Assembly (NCBI GenBank): GCA_017451505.1
Contig: JAFTOF010000027.1
Location: 26,462-90,461 of the forward strand
DNA length: 64,000 bases
From: Clostridia bacterium
Lineage (GTDB): Bacteria; Bacillota; Clostridia; UMGS1883
Direction: 5' to 3'
A model generated the notes under the pieces. The model was not told the DNA's origin. It searched no databases and saw nothing but the letters and a program-made list of their open reading frames with translations. This document shows positions 18,884 to 27,286 of this stretch, one piece after another; the stretch's first letter is position 1; the number at the start of each line of letters is the position of its first letter. A program made the translations under genes and the position numbers.

Positions 18884-18916
18884 AGGGGATGTAAAAACTC
18901 GTTTTTTACATCCCCT
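18884..18916 (+). terminator. Hairpin between carD and ispDF (weak terminator/attenuator)
   Basis: aggggatgtaaaaa-ctcg-tttttacatcccct, a 14-bp stem. Only a short T tract follows it. Confidence 0.4.
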
Positions 18917-18952
18917 TTGAACATAGGATTGATTTTACAGGGAGGGGAAACC

Positions 18953-20122
18953 ATGTATAATAACAAAACAGCCTCCGCAGTAATAGTTGCGGCAGGCTCA
19001 GGCACAAGAATGGGCAGGGACAAGCTTCTCATTGACTTGTGCGGAAAAACTACCATTGTCCGCAGCGTACAGGCTTTTAAAAATACAGGCTTTTTTGATG
19101 AAATTATACTTGTAGCAAGTGAAAAAAATATAGATGCCGTGAGTGCTGAACTGGAAAATCATCACCTTTCGGACAGTGTGCGGATTATACTTGGCGGCAG
19201 CAGCCGTGGCGAAAGCTCCTTTTTGGGTATAAATGCCGCAAAGGGTGAATACGTCCTTATCCATGACGGTGCCCGCCCCCTTGTTTCAGCCCAAACTATT
19301 GAGGGCACTCTTTCCGCTTGTATTAAGCGGGGTGCTGCAGCGGCAGGGGTGAAATCCAAGGATACAATTAAACAGGTCTCTCCGCAAAATATTATTTCCT
19401 CTACAGTTCCCCGAGAATCGGCAGTGCTGATTCAAACCCCTCAGGGCTTTAAACGTGAGAAAATTTTGAAGGCGTATAACAAACACGGATTCAACGAAAC
19501 CGACGATTGCTCCCTTATGGAAAAAATGGGAGCAAGCATAGCCATAGTGGAGGGAAGCTACGAAAATCTGAAGCTTACCACGGCGGAGGACGTTGTAACC
19601 GCAGAAGGAATCCTTAGAAAACGAGGCGAAGGAAGGAGTGTTGCCCCCATGCGTATCGGCACAGGATTTGATACACACAGACTGGTTGAAAATCGCGACC
19701 TTATAATAGGCGGCGTCAAAATCCCCTACGAAAAAGGACTTTTGGGGCATAGTGATGCCGACGTACTTATCCATGCAGTAATTGATGCACTTTTTGGTGC
19801 GGCGGCACTTGGCGATATCGGCACACATTTTCCCGACACCGATGAAAAATACAAAGGTGCATCAAGCATGCTTCTTTTGGAAGAGGCGGCACGGCTGATT
19901 CACAAGGAAGGCTACGAAATAGGAAATATAGATGCCACCATTATTGCACAAAAACCCAAAATGGCACCTCATACCCAAAATATGTGCCAAAATATTGCCG
20001 ATGCTGTAAAAACAGATGTTTCACGCATCAGCATTAAAGCAAAAACCAACGAACAAATGGGCTTTACAGGCAGAGGCGAGGGAATAGAAGCCCGTGCCGT
20101 GGCGTTATTATACCGCATTTAG
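18953..20122 (+). CDS. ispDF: Bifunctional IspD/IspF (MEP cytidylyltransferase / MEcPP synthase)
   Basis: N-terminal AAGSGTRMG IspD motif. C-terminal [11 protein letters not shown]...[11 protein letters not shown] IspF motifs in the same frame. GGGAGGGG lies 6 nt before the ATG at 18953. Confidence 0.9.
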   Translation: MYNNKTASAVIVAAGSGTRMGRDKLLIDLCGKTTIVRSVQAFKNTGFFDEIILVASEKNIDAVSAELENHHLSDSVRIILGGSSRGESSFLGINAAKGEYVLIHDGARPLVSAQTIEGTLSACIKRGAAAAGVKSKDTIKQVSPQNIISSTVPRESAVLIQTPQGFKREKILKAYNKHGFNETDDCSLMEKMGASIAIVEGSYENLKLTTAEDVVTAEGILRKRGEGRSVAPMRIGTGFDTHRLVENRDLIIGGVKIPYEKGLLGHSDADVLIHAVIDALFGAAALGDIGTHFPDTDEKYKGASSMLLLEEAARLIHKEGYEIGNIDATIIAQKPKMAPHTQNMCQNIADAVKTDVSRISIKAKTNEQMGFTGRGEGIEARAVALLYRI

Positions 20123-20143
20123 ATTTAAAACCTCATAAAACCA

Positions 20144-20184
20144 CCCCCTTTTGGACACCCTATATCCAAAAGGGGGCTTTTTAT
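20144..20184 (+). terminator. Intrinsic terminator of ispDF overlapping the htrA ribosome-binding site
   Basis: cccccttttgga / tccaaaaggggg 12-bp stem followed by CTTTTTAT, then the ATG at 20185. Confidence 0.6.
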
Positions 20185-21291
20185 ATGAAAAAAATTATAA
20201 AAATTACTGCCGTGACGGCCTTGTGCCTTATGGGCATATTTGTGGCTTTCACCATCATTTATGGTATGCTTTCGGGTATAAACACTCGTGAAAAATCCCC
20301 CGAAAAACCCGATTCCTCTCCCAATCTTTCTGTTGTCCGCCGTGACAGTGGAGCGTTTATTATGGCACCACGCCTCAGGGAAGATATGCTAGAGGATGCT
20401 CTCCAAAGCGTGGTTGGAATATCCTCTGCCGATGCCTCCCTGAATGAGGAGGGCGATACTTGGTACATGGGTAGCGGAGTGCTTGTAAGCTCCGACGGAT
20501 ATATAATCACTAACCACCACGTAATCGGTGCCCGCCCCAAGAGGATTGTTGTCACCCTCCATAACGGAGACGTCACCGAGGGGACTACCGTCTGGAGTGA
20601 AAGCTCGCTGGACTTGGCGATAGTAAAAATCGACGGAGAGGGGTACACCTGCTCAAAATTAGGCGATGCCAAAAATCTCCGCGTGGGCGAAAGTGTGGTA
20701 GCAATCGGCAATCCTCTGAGTCTGCAGTTTCAGCGAACAGTGACTGCAGGCATCGTCAGTGCCTTGGGAAGAAGCATCAGCATAGAAAACGAGGACGGCA
20801 CCTCCTCCTACATGGAGGACTTGATTCAGACAGATGCCTCCATAAACCCCGGTAACAGTGGCGGACCCCTTCTTAATGACAACGGCGAGGTCGTGGGAAT
20901 CAATACAGTCAAGGTTTCCTCGGCAGAGGGAATGGGCTTTGCCGTCCCTGTCAACGTGTGCGTTCCTATTATGAAAAGGCTCCGTGCTACAGGCAGCTTC
21001 CGCACCCCTTATCTGGGACTGTATGCGTATACCCCCACCGCCGCCCGATATCTGGAAGAAAACGAAAATATGAAACAAGGGCTTTTTGTGGCAAAATTGG
21101 ATACCAAAGGTCCTGCTTTCGATGCAGGTATACGCTATGGTGATATAATCACGGCGGTTGAAGATGTCGAGGTTAATTCCATGCTTACCTTGCGTGAAGA
21201 ACTGTATAAAAAACAAAGAGGGGAAAAAATCACCCTCGAAATCGTCCGCGACGGAAATATGCGTAAAATCTCCGTTCTCCTTTCGGACTGA
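20185..21291 (+). CDS. HtrA/DegP-like trypsin-family serine protease with PDZ domain
   Basis: N-terminal TM, catalytic TNHHV...DLA...GNSGGPL triad context, and a C-terminal PDZ-like region. Confidence 0.85.
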   Translation: MKKIIKITAVTALCLMGIFVAFTIIYGMLSGINTREKSPEKPDSSPNLSVVRRDSGAFIMAPRLREDMLEDALQSVVGISSADASLNEEGDTWYMGSGVLVSSDGYIITNHHVIGARPKRIVVTLHNGDVTEGTTVWSESSLDLAIVKIDGEGYTCSKLGDAKNLRVGESVVAIGNPLSLQFQRTVTAGIVSALGRSISIENEDGTSSYMEDLIQTDASINPGNSGGPLLNDNGEVVGINTVKVSSAEGMGFAVPVNVCVPIMKRLRATGSFRTPYLGLYAYTPTAARYLEENENMKQGLFVAKLDTKGPAFDAGIRYGDIITAVEDVEVNSMLTLREELYKKQRGEKITLEIVRDGNMRKISVLLSD

Positions 21292-21356
21292 CTTTCTTCC
21301 TATTATATATAATAAAAAACAAATCCTATTGAGCTTGCATCAATGTTTTGTACTGG

Positions 21357-21423
21357 AAACTGTAATATTACTGTCGTAAATTGCCGCTTATGTTACAAAT
21401 TGCGACAGTAACATTACAGTTTT
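21357..21423. terminator. 20-bp inverted repeat (probable htrA terminator, possible operator)
   Basis: aaactgtaatattactgtcg ... cgacagtaacattacagttt with 19 of 20 positions complementary and a 26-nt loop, followed by TTTTATT. Confidence 0.5.
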
Positions 21424-21444
21424 ATTACATCTGCAAAAAACCTA

Positions 21445-21473
21445 TTGACGTCTTTGAAAATGGGTGCTATAAT
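21445..21473 (+). promoter_or_regulatory. Strong sigma-A promoter of the S-layer gene
   Basis: TTGACG, a 17-nt spacer, then TGcTATAAT. Confidence 0.7.
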
Positions 21474-21488
21474 CGCAATAGAGTAAAG

Positions 21489-21500
21489 GGGGAATTCCCC
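21489..21500 (+). promoter_or_regulatory. 5' UTR palindrome GGGGAATTCCCC (possible mRNA-stabilising 5' hairpin)
   Basis: A perfect 12-nt palindrome about 10-15 nt after the predicted transcription start. Confidence 0.4.
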
Positions 21501-21537
21501 ACTCAAAAAAATTTTAATTTTATAGGAGGAAGAGATT

Positions 21538-24537
21538 ATGAGAAATCTCAAGAAGACACTCGCAGTTGTTCTTGCATTTGCTATGATTCTCAGCATGGGT
21601 CTTACATCTATGGCTGCATATTCAGATGTAGAAGCAGGAACAAAAGTTTCTGAGGCTGTTGGTATCCTTTCTAACCTTAATATTCTTACAGGTTTTGAAG
21701 ATGGTACATTCAAGCCCGACGAAACTGTTACAAGAGCTCAGATGGCTGCTATCATCTGCCGTATGCTCGGCTATGAAGATCAGGCAGAATCCAGCAAGGG
21801 CACAACAGTATTTAACGACGTTGCAGCTGATCACTGGGCATCAGGCTACATCAATGTAGCTCAGGCACAGCAGATCATCAACGGTTACGGTGATGGTAAC
21901 TACGGTCCCGAGGATAAGGTTACTTACGAGCAGGCAGTTAAGATGATCGTTTCCGCTCTCGGTTACGACCTCGCTGCTAATGCAAAGGGCGGTTACCCCA
22001 CAGGTTACCTTGCAATCGCTTCTGCTGAAGGCATCACAAAGAATGCTAACGGCCGTGTAGGCGACGCTGCTGCAAGAGGAACAATCGCTGTTCTCGTTTA
22101 CAACTCTCTCGAAGTTCGTCTTATGGACCAGGATACATGGACAACAACTGGCGAACGCGACGAGTACACAAAGACAAACAGCACAATCCTTTCTAAGTAC
22201 CTTGAAATTGACAAGGTTGAAGGTGTTGTAACATCTGTTCCCTTTGTTGATTTTGCACAGAACTATACAGCTGATGCAGATCAGATGATCACTTTCGCTA
22301 ACAATTCTAAGCGCTTCATGTATGAAGCAGGCAAGCTCGTTGAGAAGTCTCTCAACCAGTACAGATACGACATCGCATTGGTTCCCGAAGCTAACAACAT
22401 GGCTGGCAAGAAAGTTGTTGCATATGTTGGTCAGGAACAGGATGACGTAACAGGTCACTACATGGTTTACGCTATTGCTGAAAAGCAGGGTGCAAACACA
22501 GTTACAACTATCAGCGCAGCTCAGCTCGTTGAACTTGGCGACAAGAACTTCGCTGAAACAGGTATGGTTGCATACAAGGGCACAGGTTCTAATGCAATCA
22601 CATCTCTTGAACTTGAAAATGATTCACTCACAGCTTCTATCAACTATGGTAGAAACACAGCAACTGTTAGCACAACTCAGGAACTTGCTACAGCTGCTGG
22701 CAACGGTATAATCACTCTTATCAGCAACGATGCTGACTCTAAGATTGATGTTATCCAGATCGTTAAGTACAACGCTGAAGCAGTTCTCGAAACTGTAGAA
22801 AACGAAGAAGGCGTTCTTACTTTCACATTCTTCAAGGGTAGCCTTGACGAAATCGACACAGACAACGAAAACAAGCTCGTAGTTGTTGTTAAGGACGGTG
22901 CTGTAGCTACAGCAGACGCTCTTGCAGCTAACGACACAGTTTCTGAAGTTGTAGTAAACAGAAACTTCAGAGTTCTCTATGTATCTTCTAAGACTGTTAC
23001 AGGTACAGTAGAATCTTACTACGATGATCTCGTAACAATCGCTGGCGAAGATTATGAAATCTCTGCACTTTCTAACTATAAGACAGCTGGTCAGATCGAC
23101 GCATCTCTCCTTAGCGGTAAAGAAGGTATCTTCTTCCTTAACGTTGATGGTCAGATCGCAGCTGACGAAGCAGTAGCTTCTAAGGGTAAGTACGGTCTTA
23201 TCGTTGCAGCTGGTGTAACATCAGGTATCGGAAGCGGCTACGAAGTTGAAGTAGTTCTCGCAGACGGAACAACAGCTGTATATCCCCTTAACGACAATGC
23301 ATATATCGTTCCTGAAGTAGGTGCAAACATCGAAGGCGCAGCAAATGTATATGCAGAACTTAACACAAACGTTCTTACACTTGATGGTTCTGTTTATAAG
23401 CTTGGTCTTGCTAACCTTGCTAAGGCAGCTTACGAAGTTTCTATCAAGAACGGTAAGGTTACAAAGCTTGTTGACCTTGCAAAGATTGATACAGTAAGCT
23501 CTACTAAGTATGATGCAGAAAACCTTGAATATGGTGCAATCAGCTTTGATAATGAGACAGTTATCTACTCTATAAGCACTGAGTCTGGCTATGTAAAGGC
23601 TGACCACGTTACAATCGGTACAGCTGCAGAGCTTCTCGCTGATGAAGAAGACAGCTATGTTCTTAACTCTTACGATATCAGCAACCAGGGTTATGCAGGT
23701 CTTGTAATTGGTACAGGTATCGCAGCAACTGTTCCTCAGGACGGAGATGCTGTTGTAATCTCTTCTGTAAGAGTTACAGAAATCGACAACTCTGACGCAT
23801 GGATCATCTCCGGTGTAAAGGGTGGCGAAGAAGTAACATATACTCTTTACGATGAAGACAAGACATTCCCCAACGCTAATACAGATATTAAGGTTGGTAA
23901 CGTAATCCTTGTTGGTACACCTAACGCAGAGGGCAGAATTTCTGCATACGAAATCCTCTACAAAGAAGCTGCTCATGGTACTATTCAGACATCAACATTT
24001 GATAACGGCGAATACTACTATGCAGGTGATGTAGATGAGTCTCAGGATCCTACAGATACAAGATTCTATCTTACTAACTCTGCTGCAGCAGGTAAGGATG
24101 CAACAGGTTCTACAGTATCAAGTGCACCCGCATTTGTTACAATGAGAAACGCTGCTAACTACACACTTGTAGATTACAGCGAAAACTCTAAGAATCCTGA
24201 AGTTCTCAAGAAGTCTAAGAGTGCTAGCCTCTTCGGAAGCTTCGGCGAATATAACTACAAGGTATTCGTAAGATACTTTGATGATGCTCAGGTTGAAGTT
24301 GTAGTTTACAGATACGCTGCAGAAGTTGTTAAGAATCCTACATTCTCACTTTCTGGCACAACTCTTACTATTTCAACATTGACATCAAGTGCTACAATTA
24401 AGTACACCGTTAACGGTGGTGCTGAAACAACTGGTACTACAGTAACAGTTGCTCCTGGAGATGTTGTAAGAGCTTGGGCAGAAAAGACAAACTGCATCTC
24501 AAGTGGTACATCAACATTTGTTGTTCCCACTCCGTAA
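21538..24537 (+). CDS. S-layer protein candidate (signal peptide, three SLH repeats, large beta-rich region)
   Basis: 999 aa with SLH motifs (FEDGTFKPDETVTRAQMA; DHWASGYINV..INGYGDGNYGPED). Codon choice is highly biased (GCT/GTT/GGT/ACA, AAG, TAC, ATC), like dnaK and pgk. Consensus promoter and strong terminator. Confidence 0.85.
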   Translation: MRNLKKTLAVVLAFAMILSMGLTSMAAYSDVEAGTKVSEAVGILSNLNILTGFEDGTFKPDETVTRAQMAAIICRMLGYEDQAESSKGTTVFNDVAADHWASGYINVAQAQQIINGYGDGNYGPEDKVTYEQAVKMIVSALGYDLAANAKGGYPTGYLAIASAEGITKNANGRVGDAAARGTIAVLVYNSLEVRLMDQDTWTTTGERDEYTKTNSTILSKYLEIDKVEGVVTSVPFVDFAQNYTADADQMITFANNSKRFMYEAGKLVEKSLNQYRYDIALVPEANNMAGKKVVAYVGQEQDDVTGHYMVYAIAEKQGANTVTTISAAQLVELGDKNFAETGMVAYKGTGSNAITSLELENDSLTASINYGRNTATVSTTQELATAAGNGIITLISNDADSKIDVIQIVKYNAEAVLETVENEEGVLTFTFFKGSLDEIDTDNENKLVVVVKDGAVATADALAANDTVSEVVVNRNFRVLYVSSKTVTGTVESYYDDLVTIAGEDYEISALSNYKTAGQIDASLLSGKEGIFFLNVDGQIAADEAVASKGKYGLIVAAGVTSGIGSGYEVEVVLADGTTAVYPLNDNAYIVPEVGANIEGAANVYAELNTNVLTLDGSVYKLGLANLAKAAYEVSIKNGKVTKLVDLAKIDTVSSTKYDAENLEYGAISFDNETVIYSISTESGYVKADHVTIGTAAELLADEEDSYVLNSYDISNQGYAGLVIGTGIAATVPQDGDAVVISSVRVTEIDNSDAWIISGVKGGEEVTYTLYDEDKTFPNANTDIKVGNVILVGTPNAEGRISAYEILYKEAAHGTIQTSTFDNGEYYYAGDVDESQDPTDTRFYLTNSAAAGKDATGSTVSSAPAFVTMRNAANYTLVDYSENSKNPEVLKKSKSASLFGSFGEYNYKVFVRYFDDAQVEVVVYRYAAEVVKNPTFSLSGTTLTISTLTSSATIKYTVNGGAETTGTTVTVAPGDVVRAWAEKTNCISSGTSTFVVPTP

Positions 24538-24574
24538 TCTTTGACTCTTATAAAATTAATAGTCAATTAAAAAA

Positions 24575-24605
24575 GGACAGTCCCGAAAGGGGCTGTTCTT
24601 TTTTG
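24575..24605 (+). terminator. Intrinsic terminator of the S-layer gene
   Basis: ggacagtccc-GAAA-ggggctgttc stem-loop followed by TTTTTT. Confidence 0.8.
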
Positions 24606-24628
24606 TTCTATAACAACTATTGGAGTGA

Positions 24629-24657
24629 AACACATTGGGGACAGTCCCCAATGTGTT
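24629..24657. repeat. REP-like palindrome (left)
   Basis: aacacattgggga-cag-tccccaatgtgtt, with perfect 13-bp arms. Confidence 0.75.
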
Positions 24658-24666
24658 GCATTTCTC

Positions 24667-24695
24667 TTGACTTTTTTAGAAAAAGGTGGTACTAT
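24667..24695 (+). promoter_or_regulatory. Promoter of the RAYT gene
   Basis: TTGACT, a 17-nt spacer, then TGgTACTAT. Confidence 0.5.
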
Positions 24696-24713
24696 TAACT
24701 CGGTGGTGATAAT

Positions 24714-25478
24714 ATGGCAAGGCACGCTAGAATTCTAAGTGAAACAGGAATGTATCATATTATGTTTCGTGGGCTTAATAAACAGAGTATTTTTTCTGAA
24801 GACAGGGACTACGAAAAATTTATAGAGATACTTACATCCGTAAAAAATGATGCGAATTTGCAAATTTATGCTTATTGTATGATGCCAAATCATGTACATC
24901 TTTTTGTCAGAGAAGCTCAAAAAGGCGATATATCAAATATAATGAAAAGATTATTGTCGCATTATGCGGGATGGTATAATTATAAGTATGAGAGAAGCGG
25001 ACATCTTTTTTCAAACCGTTATAAAAGCATCCCTGTGGAGGATGACAGCTATTTTTTGACCTTGTCAAGATATATACATAAAAACCCCGTGAAGGCAAAT
25101 CTTTCGGAAAGCATGCAAAGCTATAAATACAGTAGTTATTCTGATTATGTTAACAATTCAGGCGGAATTACCGACATTGATTTTTTGTTGGATATGCTTG
25201 ATACAAATAGAGAGAAAGCAGTTAAACAGTTTGTTCAGTTTAGCAATTCAGAATGTGATGGGGAAGATTTTGAAGATAGATTACGCCTTAAAGATATAAC
25301 GGCAAGAGTTAAAATTATACAAATTACAGGCGGAATAAAACCACACGAAATAAGAAATTTACCAAAAGATGAAAAGCGTTCAATTTTGAAAAAGATTATT
25401 GAAGAGTGTAATATAGAAAAAGCTACTTTGGCACGATTGACGGGGATTCACCGCAGCGTATTGTATCGAATAAAGTAA
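24714..25478 (+). CDS. IS200-like HUH tyrosine transposase, REP-associated (RAYT) type, with C-terminal HTH-like extension
   Basis: 254 aa. MPNHVHLFV (HUH) motif, GHLFSNRYKS and SRYIHKNPVKA segments typical of Y1 transposases/RAYTs. The C-terminal 70 aa end in a helix-turn-helix-like LARLTGIHRSVLYRI. Confidence 0.85.
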   Translation: MARHARILSETGMYHIMFRGLNKQSIFSEDRDYEKFIEILTSVKNDANLQIYAYCMMPNHVHLFVREAQKGDISNIMKRLLSHYAGWYNYKYERSGHLFSNRYKSIPVEDDSYFLTLSRYIHKNPVKANLSESMQSYKYSSYSDYVNNSGGITDIDFLLDMLDTNREKAVKQFVQFSNSECDGEDFEDRLRLKDITARVKIIQITGGIKPHEIRNLPKDEKRSILKKIIEECNIEKATLARLTGIHRSVLYRIK

Positions 25479-25480
25479 AA

Positions 25481-25518
25481 AAGAGACACATTGGGGACTG
25501 TCCCCAATGTGTCTCTTT
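25481..25518. repeat. REP-like palindrome (right); may also terminate the RAYT gene
   Basis: aagagacacattgggga-ctg-tccccaatgtgtctctt with 17-bp arms, followed by TTGG. Confidence 0.75.
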
Positions 25519-25564
25519 TGGATTTAATTTATGGAGTTTTTTTGCCAAAAAAAGAAAATTATAC

Positions 25565-25593
25565 TTGACATTTGCCTTGTATGGTGGTACATT
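25565..25593 (+). promoter_or_regulatory. Sigma-A promoter of the hrcA-dnaK operon
   Basis: TTGACA, a 17-nt spacer, then TGgTACATT. Confidence 0.7.
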
Positions 25594-25597
25594 ATTG

Positions 25598-25624
25598 TTA
25601 GCACTCGAAAAGGTTGAGTGCTAA
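25598..25624 (+). promoter_or_regulatory. CIRCE operator (HrcA binding site)
   Basis: TTAGCACTC-gaaaaggtt-GAGTGCTAA, an exact match to the CIRCE consensus with a 9-nt spacer. It lies just downstream of the -10. Confidence 0.95.
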
Positions 25625-25648
25625 CAAAAGAAAAACGGAGGTGAGCAT

Positions 25649-26698
25649 ATGGAGCTTTCAGACAGAAAAAAAGCCATTCTTCAAGCAATTATTGAGGACT
25701 ATATTCAATCGGCGGAGCCCGTAGGCTCACGCAATATTGCAAAAAATCACGACCTTGGGCTATCGGCGGCAACTATCCGTAACGAAATGGCGGATTTGGA
25801 GGAAATGGGTTATCTTGATAAACCCCATACCTCTGCAGGCAGAATCCCCTCGGAAATGGGATACAGATTTTATGTAGACAGCCTGATGCACCGCTACAGT
25901 CTCACCATGGAGGAAATTACAAGCCTGCAAAGCAGTATGGACAGGAAATATAGTCAGCTTGAAAATGTAATTTCCGAGATTTCCGAAATCATTTCAAAAA
26001 CCACAAACTACCCTGCCATCGTGGAGCTTCCTGCGGAAAACTCCTGCAGACTCAAAAGTGTGAAAATGATGCTTATTGAGCAGGGCAGCGTGCTTATCGT
26101 AGTGGTTACTGATGCAGGCGTAGTCCGTAACCGCCATATGAAGGTAGGCTCAAATATTGATTACGAGGTTGTAGACAGTATATCGGAATTTTTATCGGGA
26201 CAGCTCACGGGGCTTTGTGCAGAGGATTTCACCCCCGCCCGCCTTATGCTTATATATGAGGCCATGGCATCTTATGGTGACTTTTTGAAAACCGTTATAG
26301 AATTTGTGCTCGAATGTCTGGGCAATTCAAAAAGCAGGGTTTATATCGGCGGAGCTTCAAATATTCTCAACAATCCCGAATTTGAAAATATAGACAGGGC
26401 AAGGGAATTTCTCACTTTCATTGACAGAAAAGAAAATGTCTCCCGTATGCTTAGTCTTACGGAATCTGGGAATGATGAACATATCAGCATCAAAATTGGA
26501 AGTGAAAACCAAGCTCCCGAAATGCGTGACACAAGCCTGGTTGTTGCCAACTACAACGTAGGCGGTAAGCTTTACGGAAAAATCGGCATAATAGGCCCTA
26601 AGCGTATGAATTATGCCCGAGTAGTTTCGTCGCTCGAGCTTATTAACAGCCAACTCAGCGAAATTCTGAGCAGAATGCTTTACGGAGATAAAGAATAA
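25649..26698 (+). CDS. hrcA: Heat-inducible transcription repressor HrcA
   Basis: LSDRKKAILQAIIEDYIQSAEPVGSR N-terminus; 349 aa; first gene of the dnaK operon. Confidence 0.95.
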   Translation: MELSDRKKAILQAIIEDYIQSAEPVGSRNIAKNHDLGLSAATIRNEMADLEEMGYLDKPHTSAGRIPSEMGYRFYVDSLMHRYSLTMEEITSLQSSMDRKYSQLENVISEISEIISKTTNYPAIVELPAENSCRLKSVKMMLIEQGSVLIVVVTDAGVVRNRHMKVGSNIDYEVVDSISEFLSGQLTGLCAEDFTPARLMLIYEAMASYGDFLKTVIEFVLECLGNSKSRVYIGGASNILNNPEFENIDRAREFLTFIDRKENVSRMLSLTESGNDEHISIKIGSENQAPEMRDTSLVVANYNVGGKLYGKIGIIGPKRMNYARVVSSLELINSQLSEILSRMLYGDKE

Positions 26699-26718
26699 CA
26701 CGGAAGGAATGAACATAG

Positions 26719-27246
26719 ATGGCAACTAAGAAAAAGGCAGAAGAAGCACAGGAAATTAAGGAACAGGAAACAGCAGAAAATGAGGAAGTGACTGAGGAAG
26801 CTCCCTTAGAAGAAGAAAACGAATTTGAAAAGAAATACAACGATGTAAACGAGAAATATCTTCGTACACTTGCCGAATATGATAACTATCGCAAGCGTAC
26901 CATTAAAGAGAAGGAAAGCATCTACCCCGAAGCAAAGGCAGTAGTGGTGGAAAAGTTCCTCCCCGTGCTTGATAATTTTCAGCGTGCGATTGACAGTGCA
27001 GAGAATAAGGACGCTTTTTATGAGGGCGTTGTAATGCTGAAAAAACAAATGGACGAAGTCCTCGGTGCCTTGGGCGTAGAAGAAATTAAAGCCGTGGGCG
27101 AGGAATTCAACCCCGAATTTCACAATGCCGTAATGCACGTGGATGACGAAGAAGCGGGCGAAAATATCATCGTGGAAGAATTTCAAAAGGGCTACAAAAT
27201 CGGCGACCGTGTAGTAAGACACAGTATGGTTAAAGTAGCTAACTAA
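26719..27246 (+). CDS. grpE: Nucleotide exchange factor GrpE
   Basis: Acidic N-terminus, YLRTLAEYDNYRKR motif and GYKIGDRVVRHSMV C-terminus. Confidence 0.95.
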   Translation: MATKKKAEEAQEIKEQETAENEEVTEEAPLEEENEFEKKYNDVNEKYLRTLAEYDNYRKRTIKEKESIYPEAKAVVVEKFLPVLDNFQRAIDSAENKDAFYEGVVMLKKQMDEVLGALGVEEIKAVGEEFNPEFHNAVMHVDDEEAGENIIVEEFQKGYKIGDRVVRHSMVKVAN

Positions 27247-27286
27247 GGTTTATAAATTTTTTTAATATATTTGGAGGTATACAATC

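Larger units (their letters stand above)
24629..25518 (+). mobile_element. RAYT-type transposase gene with flanking REP-like palindromes
   Basis: Two palindromes sharing the core CACATTGGGGAC(A/T)GTCCCCAATGTG bracket a single HUH transposase gene. Confidence 0.7.

Noticed and set aside
18890-18906. The loop and stem of the carD-ispDF hairpin contain ctcgttttttac, also present in repeat copies C and D.
   Set aside because: The shared 12-mer is mostly a T-run. The flanks are unrelated and the hairpin is fully explained as a local attenuator.
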